The notes below the pieces were generated by a model. It was not told the DNA's origin, ran no database searches, and saw only the letters and a program-made list of their open reading frames with translations. Of a DNA stretch of 64,000 bases, positions 51,800 to 61,184 are shown in pieces (position 1 is the stretch's first letter; the number at the start of each line of letters is the position of its first letter). The stretch is from positions 22,473 to 86,472 of the forward strand of contig CAZDEU010000002.1 of assembly GCA_964504265.1 (NCBI GenBank), in the 5' to 3' direction. The translations under genes were made by a program, and so were the position numbers. The DNA comes from an uncultured Bacteroidales bacterium. GTDB lineage: Bacteria > Bacteroidota > Bacteroidia > Bacteroidales > JAKIYJ01.

Positions 51800-52373
51800 A
51801 TTCTGCGTAACTTGTAATTATATTTGATAAATCCAAAACTTTTTGTTCTTCAACTTGTTTTCTATTAAAATCAATTATACCATCAATAATTAATCCATTA
51901 TGATATGATGATTCTAATTTGCCTGTAATTTGCCACTCTATACGAATAGCAACATAAAAATTTTCATTAATTCCAGAACCTTTTTTGATCCAACTATTAT
52001 ATTGACCTTCGTCAATTTCAGTAACAGCGGAATGTTCATCGTTTCTTTGGCGAATGAAATGACGATAAATTTTACCATTTTCAATATCCTTGCTAGTTAT
52101 AACAGGAATATATTGTTTGGGTATTAAATTATTTTTGACTATATATATTCTATTTTTTAAATTACAATATGTAATATAATCTAAATTATTCGAATATGTA
52201 TATAATTTTATTGCATCATCTTGATATGTGCAACCAACATAATATACATCATCTAAAATATAATATTGACCAATATATTCATCACCATTAGCATACATCA
52301 ATTCTTTTCCATTAGTATAATATATACTACTTATTTTTGATTGTTTTATTTGGGCTAAGGGTGAGTATTTCAT
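51783..52373 (-). CDS. hypothetical protein (196 aa)
   Basis: ORF between the tail-hub region and PolA. Confidence 0.55.
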   Translation of the reverse strand: MKYSPLAQIKQSKISSIYYTNGKELMYANGDEYIGQYYILDDVYYVGCTYQDDAIKLYTYSNNLDYITYCNLKNRIYIVKNNLIPKQYIPVITSKDIENGKIYRHFIRQRNDEHSAVTEIDEGQYNSWIKKGSGINENFYVAIRIEWQITGKLESSYHNGLIIDGIIDFNRKQVEEQKVLDLSNIITSYAEYAYPT

Positions 52374-54628
52374 AATATTGGTGCGCTTTTTAATTGAATA
52401 ACTGTATCAAATGTTGTAGTCCAACCAGAACTATTTATTACGTGAGTTACATCTTTAATCATAAAATATGTGCTATCTAGATAACGAGTTGGTAAATAAT
52501 CAATATTTATAATATTACCAAATTTCACTCCACTGATACCATCTAATGTAATTGAAACTGATATTGGTAAAATTACAGTTTGTTTATCACTAACTACATT
52601 ATTACCAATCTGCAAAACATCTACAATATATTTATTTAATGCTGTCTTGCATGTATCTGATATATCTGGTGTATATGATCTATATAATTTTTCTATAGCA
52701 TCCGCCATCTGCCCATAATAATCATATTGAATTCCAAATGTTTTATCATTTGCAGTCAACGTTCCTTGCTCAATATTTTTATATATTAAATTTGTAAGAT
52801 GTGCACCATATAATAAGAATCCATATGAAGATGTATTACCAGCTGCTGATGCACTGGGATTTGTGTTATACATTGTCATAGCTTTTATTTCTTCAGAAAC
52901 TAATGTTGATACATTAACATCCTTTACAATACTATCTTTATTATAAACCTTAAATGTAATTGTCTTTGGGTCTGTAGTTGGGTATTCTGAATTTTTATCA
53001 ATAATTGAAATAATATTTGGTTTATCTTCATCTATATGCAATTGAAAATGCCATAATCCGCCACATGACTCAGATATTTTATTAAATAATGTTATTAAAA
53101 ATTCTGATAATGTAGATGATTGTCTATATGTATCATATAAATATTGTACATTAATTAATATAGAATGTAATTTAATTTTATTGTCTTTAAATTCTGCAGC
53201 AAGTTGTGGGGTATTAATTGGCCCTAAATAATTTTTTAATCTATCATATTTATCAGTATAATTGCCATTATCTTTTACTTTTTTACCGTTTTGCAAAATG
53301 ATATCCTCCGAAGGATTTTGATATGATGATAATAAACAAATAGAAGGATCACCAGATACTATGCCAGGTCTATAATTAATCCATACATTTGAATTATCTA
53401 ATTTAACTATTTGCCCGTTTTCATCTTTTGGGCACAAACTATTATTGACAATTGTATCTAGATATGCAACAGATGTATAATGCTGTATTTCATCATTTGA
53501 TGATTTATCAATTTGATCTTTAATATCTGGTGCTACTGTGTCTTCTGGTAATATTTTATAATTTGTTGAAAGTCGTACTATATTATTATTTGAATCATAT
53601 ATAGTTTTCGGAACATCAATTTCAGTTGAAACTTGAGTACTGCTATATCTTTGTGAACCAGCATATAATGAATCAGGTACGTTTTTAGCAACTTTATTGT
53701 TGATTATTGAGTTTAATTCATTTTTAAAATTTTCAATAATAATTTTATTTGAATCTACATCTTCTTTTTGTAAATTTTTAGATGTTGAATGTATTTCCAT
53801 TGATAAAAACATATCAGCAATTGATGTTATAGTAGTAGTGCAATCAAACCCACCCAATGAATTTAATTGATATTGAAAATCACTAACAATACCTTGCATA
53901 GCATCATAATGTCCATTTGTTTTTTTTATTTTTTCAATAATTTTTAAAAGTGCTTTATCATCACTTATTGGTGTATTAACTAATTCATCTAATGCACGAA
54001 ATGTTTGACCATTTGTTGTATCAATTGACCAACCCCATTCAACTAATACTGAATTTCCAAATGCCATATATAATCTTTCTAGCATTTGTAGTTGATTTAA
54101 ATCCCAACATACAAATTCAACAACAGCTTCACGAGTTGACCCCATCGAACCTTTATTCTTTATAGTAGCACCTTTTATACCAGGCATTGGACGTAATCCA
54201 AATGATCCACCAGCATCTTTATATTGTTTATTATATTGTATTTTTCTTGTAACCCCGACTGCAAGTGGGGCTGGAACAGTTGGTTGATTTTGTTGCATCA
54301 TAGATGCATCTATAGCATCTAATAATGGCATATTTAATAAATCAACAGAAGTTATATTTGAATTAGCATCAATTGTTACAATTTTTTCTTGTTTTGATGT
54401 ATACATATCATCTGACGTATTATATACATCATATAATCCAAATTTATTACCTTTCAATCCGGCTGATAATTCCCATTCTTTTCGTAAATTTTCATCACCA
54501 TCAATAGCCATTAAAGAATTCATGCGAATCCACGGTGTTTTTTGATTATACACCAATTTATTAATTTTAGAAGATTGTCTGTCTTCTAATGTTTTTAATA
54601 TTTCTAATCGAATTTGATGATCAAACAT
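52370..54628 (-). CDS. tail/baseplate-hub associated protein (752 aa)
   Basis: Position downstream of the tape measure and the LysM protein. The call rests on synteny only. Confidence 0.4.
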   Translation of the reverse strand: MFDHQIRLEILKTLEDRQSSKINKLVYNQKTPWIRMNSLMAIDGDENLRKEWELSAGLKGNKFGLYDVYNTSDDMYTSKQEKIVTIDANSNITSVDLLNMPLLDAIDASMMQQNQPTVPAPLAVGVTRKIQYNKQYKDAGGSFGLRPMPGIKGATIKNKGSMGSTREAVVEFVCWDLNQLQMLERLYMAFGNSVLVEWGWSIDTTNGQTFRALDELVNTPISDDKALLKIIEKIKKTNGHYDAMQGIVSDFQYQLNSLGGFDCTTTITSIADMFLSMEIHSTSKNLQKEDVDSNKIIIENFKNELNSIINNKVAKNVPDSLYAGSQRYSSTQVSTEIDVPKTIYDSNNNIVRLSTNYKILPEDTVAPDIKDQIDKSSNDEIQHYTSVAYLDTIVNNSLCPKDENGQIVKLDNSNVWINYRPGIVSGDPSICLLSSYQNPSEDIILQNGKKVKDNGNYTDKYDRLKNYLGPINTPQLAAEFKDNKIKLHSILINVQYLYDTYRQSSTLSEFLITLFNKISESCGGLWHFQLHIDEDKPNIISIIDKNSEYPTTDPKTITFKVYNKDSIVKDVNVSTLVSEEIKAMTMYNTNPSASAAGNTSSYGFLLYGAHLTNLIYKNIEQGTLTANDKTFGIQYDYYGQMADAIEKLYRSYTPDISDTCKTALNKYIVDVLQIGNNVVSDKQTVILPISVSITLDGISGVKFGNIINIDYLPTRYLDSTYFMIKDVTHVINSSGWTTTFDTVIQLKSAPIL

Positions 54629-54890
54629 TATATTGCGAAACTGATGTGTTATTTGGAATTCTTAGTCTTATACCCGGCGCTACAAAAAATGTTCCTTTAC
54701 CCAAATTATTTGCTATAGCAATTATATACCACAATCTAGCATCTTTAAGATATTTTGCTGCTAATAAATCAAGTCTATCACCACGTTTTGATTCAATATA
54801 AATATCACCCAATACTATTGGAATATCAGGATAAATTGTTTGTTTATATTTGTCTGCTACTATATCCGTTGTGCTATATCTACTTATCAT
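54621..54890 (-). CDS. LysM-domain tail protein (P2 gpX-like)
   Basis: GDRLDLLAAKYLKDARLWYIIAIANN LysM pattern. 89 aa, in the tail module. Confidence 0.65.
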   Translation of the reverse strand: MISRYSTTDIVADKYKQTIYPDIPIVLGDIYIESKRGDRLDLLAAKYLKDARLWYIIAIANNLGKGTFFVAPGIRLRIPNNTSVSQYNV

Positions 54891-56491
54891 TATATGCTAT
54901 TTAAACGTAATGGATCACTATATTCTCTTTCAGATGCAGGTTTCAATTTTTTAAGTTCTTGTGCTTTAATATTTTTAATATTTGTCAATTGTTTATTTAA
55001 ATAACTTCCTGCTAATATATTAGCATCTGTTTCAAGTATTTCATAACTTATATTAACTTTCATGTACATTGGTAATTCTGCATCTAAATCCCATATATAA
55101 GAATCATCTATGTCATATGTTAATGATGTTATTATACCTGCAACAGAATTTTTACCATTTGCAAATAATAAATTACCAATTTTTAATTTCATTATAGGAG
55201 CCTGCATTCTAGATGCACCACGCGGCATGCAACACCCCTGTAAATAATCTAATTTTTTATACATATTAATTAAATCACCACTTAAAGCAACCGTTATAAA
55301 ATTAAAATCTATTGTACGATTGAATCCTTTGTATAAATGGAATTTTTCAGGTCTGCCAACATAATTGATGCCTTCCCATTCCGGATTGATTTTTATACTC
55401 AATCCTTGAATTGTTGCTCTAAATTGTAACCATTTATTTCCATCTAATACATTATTAAAAGCTAATTTTATAAAATCTGGGGTTAGTTCTTCATCAATTA
55501 ATACATCATTATATATTGGGTCTATATGATCATTACTTAAAATATTTTTGGATGTATTTGGTATTTTATATTTTATATGTTTATTTTGCAATACATCTGT
55601 TTCATAATTTGAAAAGTATTTTAATTGCCCATCAATATATTCATCAAAATATTTAAATCTGTTTGGTGTGTTTGATGCTGATGGATACCCTAATGCTAAT
55701 GCATTAATTAAATAAGTTGTTTTATATTCAGAATCATTAACATCAGTTACAGTTAGTGATCCACCACCATCATATTTAATAGTAATATCGCGTTTCTTAT
55801 ATTTACTTTCAAAATCATATGAATTTACCCATTCAACCGGATTTCCTGGTGCATTTGTAAAGACTTTTGTAAATCCTAATCCATACAAACTGTTTGGCCC
55901 ACCAAGTCCAGATTGCATTGGAATTAGTTTTCCGGGCATAAGATTTACACCTAATTTTTTTGCAGCTTTAGAAACAAATTTACCTAATTTTGATTTTTTA
56001 GCACCTGCTGTTGCTGTTTTAGCTGTTTGAAATGTATTATATAACGATACTAATCTATTTTTACCACCAGTTCTATCAATTTGTTCATAATTTCTTGCAA
56101 CTAATGCTCCATCTCTTCTAAATCTAAATCCAAATGGAGCTGTTGCCATATTTGCAGCTAATTTAATTGGATTATAAATTTGAGTATCAATATTTTCTGA
56201 AATAGGATTTGATATTTGCAACCCCATTTGTGAGAGATGAAATAATATTCCTTTTGGTGTAGATGAAAATTTAGCAAAATTAACTGTATCATATGCAGCT
56301 ACTTTTAGCTTTAATGCTAGTCCGGTTGGATCCCCAGAAGTTATTGTATCTTTTTTGTATGGTGATTCAACTTGCTTTTCAATAGAGGGTGTAATTGGCG
56401 GATTAACTAATAAACTAGCTTCATATAAAGAACGTTGTTGATCAACATCCAATAAATGCTTATTTTGAATTTTGTTAATATCTAAAGCCAT
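54890..56491 (-). CDS. tail protein following tape measure (533 aa)
   Basis: Synteny only. Confidence 0.4.
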   Translation of the reverse strand: MALDINKIQNKHLLDVDQQRSLYEASLLVNPPITPSIEKQVESPYKKDTITSGDPTGLALKLKVAAYDTVNFAKFSSTPKGILFHLSQMGLQISNPISENIDTQIYNPIKLAANMATAPFGFRFRRDGALVARNYEQIDRTGGKNRLVSLYNTFQTAKTATAGAKKSKLGKFVSKAAKKLGVNLMPGKLIPMQSGLGGPNSLYGLGFTKVFTNAPGNPVEWVNSYDFESKYKKRDITIKYDGGGSLTVTDVNDSEYKTTYLINALALGYPSASNTPNRFKYFDEYIDGQLKYFSNYETDVLQNKHIKYKIPNTSKNILSNDHIDPIYNDVLIDEELTPDFIKLAFNNVLDGNKWLQFRATIQGLSIKINPEWEGINYVGRPEKFHLYKGFNRTIDFNFITVALSGDLINMYKKLDYLQGCCMPRGASRMQAPIMKLKIGNLLFANGKNSVAGIITSLTYDIDDSYIWDLDAELPMYMKVNISYEILETDANILAGSYLNKQLTNIKNIKAQELKKLKPASEREYSDPLRLNSI

Positions 56492-56492
56492 T

Positions 56493-58649
56493 TTAATTTT
56501 CTATTGAATTAATTTTTGATGTCATTTTACCAAGCCATACACCAATTTGCTTTTCATTTATTCTAATATCAGCACCTTGTTCTAATAATATTATTAATTT
56601 ATCTAATCTATTTACAATTTCAGCATTAGATGGTTGATTAAAAGATTCATTATTTGATTCGGTACCAATACCTGCTATATTATAATTTTGTAATTGTGGT
56701 AATGCTGTTAATGCACCTGTATTAGTTACAACATTTCCAATTGAGTCTGCTAATTTATTCATTGCATCAGCAGTTGCATATATACCATCAATTGGCATAT
56801 CAATTATTGATTTACCAAAATCTAATATTTGTGCACCAAAACTTGGCAACATTGGCATTGTACTTGCAAATGATTGTAATGGATTGCTTAATTGTTGCAT
56901 TGCTTTACCTATGCCATATATTGCAACAGCCATAATTCCAATAGCAGCAGCTCCAGCTACTATAGCAACAGCACCAATACCAGAACTCATTAATGCACCC
57001 ATACCAACCATTACACCAACTAATCCAGTTAATGCAACACCAGCAACAGCAATGGTTTCCCACTGTATTCCTTGAAATTCTTGCATTGCTTTTCCTAACA
57101 CCCACATTGAACCAGCTATAATTCCGATAGCTGCAGCACCCATTAATATACTTGGCATTGCTTTTCCCAAACCTTGCCATATTCCACCAACTTTTGCAAC
57201 ATTTGGATCAACTTTTGGTATTTTTGGAGTTGCTTTTTTTTTGGAACCTAATGCTTCAGCTGGTGTAAATAACTTATTTATTTTACCTATTAAACCGGGC
57301 ATAATTTTCATATTTGTTAGCATTGTTCCGAGTGTAGGAAGCAATCTAACTAAGTTAGCCCCAAACGCAACAGTTCCGGTTACTAAACCTATATTACCCC
57401 ATATTGTATTTTTAATATTTTTAAGTGATAATAATATATCCCCAGATACAGTTCTTGAATTACTTGTTTTTTCATTTAATGCTGCTTGTTGTGAGACCAT
57501 TGCAGTCATTTCTTCAACACTCAATCCAATAGATTGTGCAAGAGCTCTACGTTGAAGAACATTCATTTTTTCTAATTCATTAATTCCACCAAGTTGGGTA
57601 ACAATACTTTTTAATGCACCAGCATGATCACCTGCTAATGATAGTTCTCTTGCTGCATTATAATTAAGTTGTTTACCCAATAACACAGATGCATGCATTT
57701 CAGCTTCAATTGAACTTGTTACATCTAATATAGAATCAGAAATACTTGACATTCCTTTTAATCCAATTCCTAATTTTGTAGCGGCTATAGCTGCGTCTGT
57801 AATATTTTTACTTCCATTTTTTGAATACGAAGCCCAATATTCAGCATTATTTGCCATATCTTCCATTACCTTTCCGGGTGCTAAACCACTTTGTGTAATT
57901 ATTGCTGCAGTTTGTTCTAATGTTGCTCCATTTATTCTTTTTTGCATTATATATAAATCTGCTGCTGCAGATTCTGCCATACCATAATAATTAGCAGCTT
58001 TTCCTATTTCAACAATTGTATCTGTAGTTGCTAATCTTAAATCACCCGTTGAACTTATTAATTTACCGGCAATTTCATTTGCATTATCTAAAGAAATTCC
58101 ATAAGCAATTCCTTCAACAGCAGCAAATCCAGTATTTTTTGCCATTTTTAAAGTTTGAGTTCCAGTTAATCCAGCACTCTTTTGTAATGCAAAAAATGTT
58201 GAAGTTACATCAACTAATTTTTCAACCAAAGTAGCACCAAATACTACAGCAGTTAATTTTAAATCATTTGCCATTAGGGTAATGTCACCCCACATTGATT
58301 TTAAAGATTTATGCCAATTTACAAATATATTGCCTGATAATAATTCATCTCGTTGGTCTGCTAATTTAGACTCAATTTCAGATTCTAAATTAAGTCTTTC
58401 TCTAGCATCATTAGCTACTTGTGCAGCATATTTTAATTCATCACGAGATAAATTTTTATGAGATGATGCTTTTTGTAATATCTCTTTTTCTAAATCAGTA
58501 AGTTGTTTATATTTATCGATATCGCTACTTACAATATCTGAAATATCGTCCATAATAGTGCGTAACTCTTCATAAATCTTCTTATTTTGATTTAAGCCGA
58601 TTTGTTGTGGTGTCAATTGCCAACCAAATAAAGAGTCATCTAAAGCCAT
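56493..58649 (-). CDS. tail tape measure protein
   Basis: 718 aa, with a coiled-coil N-terminus, Gly/Ala-rich TM-like repeats (GAAAIGIIAGS, VAGAAAIGIMAVAIYGIG), and a position after the chaperone genes. Confidence 0.8.
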   Translation of the reverse strand: MALDDSLFGWQLTPQQIGLNQNKKIYEELRTIMDDISDIVSSDIDKYKQLTDLEKEILQKASSHKNLSRDELKYAAQVANDARERLNLESEIESKLADQRDELLSGNIFVNWHKSLKSMWGDITLMANDLKLTAVVFGATLVEKLVDVTSTFFALQKSAGLTGTQTLKMAKNTGFAAVEGIAYGISLDNANEIAGKLISSTGDLRLATTDTIVEIGKAANYYGMAESAAADLYIMQKRINGATLEQTAAIITQSGLAPGKVMEDMANNAEYWASYSKNGSKNITDAAIAATKLGIGLKGMSSISDSILDVTSSIEAEMHASVLLGKQLNYNAARELSLAGDHAGALKSIVTQLGGINELEKMNVLQRRALAQSIGLSVEEMTAMVSQQAALNEKTSNSRTVSGDILLSLKNIKNTIWGNIGLVTGTVAFGANLVRLLPTLGTMLTNMKIMPGLIGKINKLFTPAEALGSKKKATPKIPKVDPNVAKVGGIWQGLGKAMPSILMGAAAIGIIAGSMWVLGKAMQEFQGIQWETIAVAGVALTGLVGVMVGMGALMSSGIGAVAIVAGAAAIGIMAVAIYGIGKAMQQLSNPLQSFASTMPMLPSFGAQILDFGKSIIDMPIDGIYATADAMNKLADSIGNVVTNTGALTALPQLQNYNIAGIGTESNNESFNQPSNAEIVNRLDKLIILLEQGADIRINEKQIGVWLGKMTSKINSIEN

Positions 58650-58927
58650 TATTTACGAATAAGTTTTTTCATTAATATTGATATTTCTTCTTTTGATAAA
58701 TTACCTTTTATATAGTGTTCAAGTTCTTTTCTATTTTGTTCTAATACATCTAAACGTTTTTTAAATTCTCCTTCAACTTCTTTTTTAATAGCAGCAGTTC
58801 TGCCAGTTGTAATAAGATTATCAACATAATTTAAAAAATTAGTTACAATATCTTCATTTAAAGATTGCTTATTAGTTTGTTTTATAATTTCTTCACGAAT
58901 TATTGTGCGAAGTTCAGATTTTTTCAT
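58649..58927 (-). CDS. hypothetical coiled-coil protein (92 aa)
   Basis: Starts MKKSELRTIIREEI. Coupled to the tape measure start. Confidence 0.55.
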   Translation of the reverse strand: MKKSELRTIIREEIIKQTNKQSLNEDIVTNFLNYVDNLITTGRTAAIKKEVEGEFKKRLDVLEQNRKELEHYIKGNLSKEEISILMKKLIRK

Positions 58928-58943
58928 AATTAACGGTTATATA

Positions 58944-58961
58944 GTATAAATATACATTCAC
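58944..58961 (-). promoter_or_regulatory. conserved upstream motif, weaker copy (minus strand GTGAATGTATATTTATAC)
   Basis: 17 nt upstream of ATG 58927, just after the terminator at 58966-58990. Confidence 0.3.
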
Positions 58962-58965
58962 AAAA

Positions 58966-58990
58966 AAATCCGTAGTTTGGCCACGGATTT
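58966..58990 (-). terminator. intrinsic terminator (works on both strands)
   Basis: AAATCCGT (58966-58973) / ACGGATTT (58983-58990) stem, flanked by A7 and a T run. Confidence 0.7.
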
Positions 58991-59204
58991 ATCTTTTTTT
59001 AGGTTTATTTTGTTGTTTTATGCGTTCTATTTGTTGTTTTTCAGCTTCTTTAACTTCATTTAGTGTATTAAAAATATATTTTCTTAACCAAACTGGCATG
59101 TTATACACTGTATTATAATCGAACCCACCATTGCCATAATAAGCAATATCAAATATTTGCCTGTATCTACTTAGTTTATCCTCAGACCGTAGGCCAAAAA
59201 AAAT
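58989..59204 (-). CDS. +1-frame extension of tail assembly chaperone (GT-like frameshift product, about 68 extra codons)
   Basis: The +1 frame opens at a TGA 9 codons before the zero-frame stop, spans the U8 run (59196-59203), and ends at a TAA at 58989-58991 that overlaps the first bases of the terminator stem on the minus strand. Confidence 0.5.
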   Translation of the reverse strand: MFFGLRSEDKLSRYRQIFDIAYYGNGGFDYNTVYNMPVWLRKYIFNTLNEVKEAEKQQIERIKQQNKPKKR

Positions 59205-60018
59205 GAACAGTCATTGGAAGTGATGCTTGATTTACAGTATCACAATTATCACATACATATTCAATTTCTCTATTAATTGTTGGTGTAATTGTTTTTAAAT
59301 GTTTTCTAAATGCAAGTGAATCATATGCTAGCATATGATCTACAAAATCACGAATTATTTTTTGGTCTCTTTTATCATCAATTGCAATGATTACCCGTTT
59401 TAATCTTGTTGTTAATTCAACCGAATCACCTTCTTTTTTATTTAATTTTTTATTCATTACACCGATTGCTTTTAATTCTTCATTAATTGCTTTATCGTCT
59501 GCAATAGTTAATAATTTAAATGTTAATTTTACACCAGATTTTGGTAATGTAAATTCATATTCATTAAGTTCATTTAATAAATCTGTGTTTATTTCTGCAT
59601 CTTTTAATGTAAATAAATCAATCGTTTTCGTACGTTTTTCATTACAATTACTACAAACCAATTCAACATCATAATTACTACCATAACCTAATATTCTTGC
59701 AGCCATAATTAATGCATCTTTATCACCAAGTAATAAATCGTCATAATTAATATTATCTACAATTAAAGCTTGAAGTAATTTTTCAATAACATTTCCTTTC
59801 TGAATATATTGTTGATTTGATAAAATATCTTCTTCTTTTGTTGTCATATAGCGTAAGTTAACTACTCCTGACGATAACGGATTTGATTTAGGATAACATT
59901 TTCCTTTTGATGGTAAATCAACTTGTTCAGTCATATATTGGCTTGATTGCTTTTGTGTAGCTAAAACTGTATCTACAACTTGTGCTGGTAATTTTGCTTT
60001 ATAATCTTCTGGTGTCAT
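59182..60018 (-). CDS. tail assembly chaperone (gpG-like)
   Basis: Position between the tube and the tape measure. Ends ..HFFWPTV* with a slippery U8 run. Carries Cys pairs CSNCN and CDNCD. Confidence 0.6.
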   Translation of the reverse strand: MTPEDYKAKLPAQVVDTVLATQKQSSQYMTEQVDLPSKGKCYPKSNPLSSGVVNLRYMTTKEEDILSNQQYIQKGNVIEKLLQALIVDNINYDDLLLGDKDALIMAARILGYGSNYDVELVCSNCNEKRTKTIDLFTLKDAEINTDLLNELNEYEFTLPKSGVKLTFKLLTIADDKAINEELKAIGVMNKKLNKKEGDSVELTTRLKRVIIAIDDKRDQKIIRDFVDHMLAYDSLAFRKHLKTITPTINREIEYVCDNCDTVNQASLPMTVHFFWPTV

Positions 60019-60019
60019 A

Positions 60020-60532
60020 TTATGAATTTAATTTATATATCGATGTTAATTGTCTCATTATTTGATTATTATCTAACCCATATCCAACTACAAAGTCATC
60101 TTTAGCAACTTTATAACCAAAATAATCTGGGTTAATATTAACTTTTCTTGCATCTGGTTTATCTAATAAAGATACAATAGTTAATTTTTTTATTTTGCAA
60201 TTTTCTAAATGTTCTTTAATGCTTTGTATTGTTTTTCCTGTATCTACAATATCTTCAATTAAAATTATTTCTTTATTAGTTATACTTGCCATTTCTGGAA
60301 ATAAACTATACTTGATTTCATTTGATTGTTGATTATCTTTATATGAAGCAACTTTAATAAATTCAACTGTATGATCGAATACTAATTGTTTCATTAAATC
60401 GGTAGCAAAAAATATTCCGCCTGTTAATGTAATTAAACATACAGGCGGTTCCATGTAATAATTACTATTTAGAATTCTTGCTATGCGTGATACTGCTATG
60501 CTAATATCAACTTCACTGAGTAATTTTTTCAT
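60020..60532 (-). CDS. hpt: hypoxanthine-guanine phosphoribosyltransferase
   Basis: PRPP motif IILIEDIVDTGKT and C-terminal FVVGYGLDNNQIMRQL. Confidence 0.88.
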   Translation of the reverse strand: MKKLLSEVDISIAVSRIARILNSNYYMEPPVCLITLTGGIFFATDLMKQLVFDHTVEFIKVASYKDNQQSNEIKYSLFPEMASITNKEIILIEDIVDTGKTIQSIKEHLENCKIKKLTIVSLLDKPDARKVNINPDYFGYKVAKDDFVVGYGLDNNQIMRQLTSIYKLNS

Positions 60533-60557
60533 ATGTAACTTTATTTCATAAAATATA

Positions 60558-60574
60558 CAATATATATGTCAAAA
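60558..60574 (-). promoter_or_regulatory. conserved upstream motif (minus strand TTTTGACATATATATTG)
   Basis: 26 nt upstream of the HPRT ATG. Identical to 38888-38904. Confidence 0.45.
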
Positions 60575-60627
60575 AAAAGATTACAAGCATTTCTACATGT
60601 AATCTTTTATAATTTAAATTAAAAATC

Positions 60628-61116
60628 TTAATATTGAAGAATTGGGTAGTCGAAACGCAATGATACCGAAATACTTACTGCATCTGAAGTTGACCAATCT
60701 AAATCACCAAAATTAGAAGTTTTAATCCACGTTCCCTTTAAAGTCCATTCACTTACGATATCACCGATCGGGCCAATTACCTGAATTGATACATCTTTCT
60801 TATACATATCTGCATATCCATCTCTACCGGTTGTGCTTTCATGTGATAATCGAATCCATTCCATTACTGATTGTGCTCCTGATGGAACAATAGCATCATA
60901 TAATTCAATTCCTAATTCAGACCAGCGAGATTTGCCTTTTACGTAATATTCTGTATTAATATGGTGAATAACTACTTCATCACTTTCAAAATTTGGTGTG
61001 CCAGTTTTACGAATCATATATGATGGAACTCCATCAATACTCATTATAAAACGATTCTGTAATTTTGGTTCAAATTGAGTGAAAAATAATTGTGTGTTGT
61101 CAAGAATACTGCTCAT
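60628..61116 (-). CDS. tail tube protein (T4 gp19-like)
   Basis: 162 aa, directly after the sheath. Shows the FQPKLQNRFIMSIDGVPSYMIRK...GKSRWSELGIELYD pattern. Confidence 0.8.
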   Translation of the reverse strand: MSSILDNTQLFFTQFEPKLQNRFIMSIDGVPSYMIRKTGTPNFESDEVVIHHINTEYYVKGKSRWSELGIELYDAIVPSGAQSVMEWIRLSHESTTGRDGYADMYKKDVSIQVIGPIGDIVSEWTLKGTWIKTSNFGDLDWSTSDAVSISVSLRFDYPILQY

Positions 61117-61130
61117 TATTTTCTATTTAT

Positions 61131-61146
61131 AAATAAGTATGTTAAT
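61131..61146 (-). promoter_or_regulatory. conserved upstream motif (minus strand ATTAACATACTTATTT)
   Basis: 15 nt upstream of ATG 61116. Confidence 0.4.
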
Positions 61147-61184
61147 TTTAAAAAAGTAAGGTATATTTCAACCCTACTTTTATT

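Noticed and set aside
56741-57180. Overlapping ORFs on both strands within the tape-measure gene, including a Cys/Trp-rich 91-aa frame.
   Set aside because: They arise from the Gly/Ala-rich repetitive coding segment (GCN/GGN repeats read in other frames).
59170-59204. A canonical -1 frameshift at the chaperone slippery run.
   Set aside because: The -1 frame terminates after 6 codons (..GGT CTG AGG ATA AAC TAA). Only the +1 frame is open for a meaningful extension.
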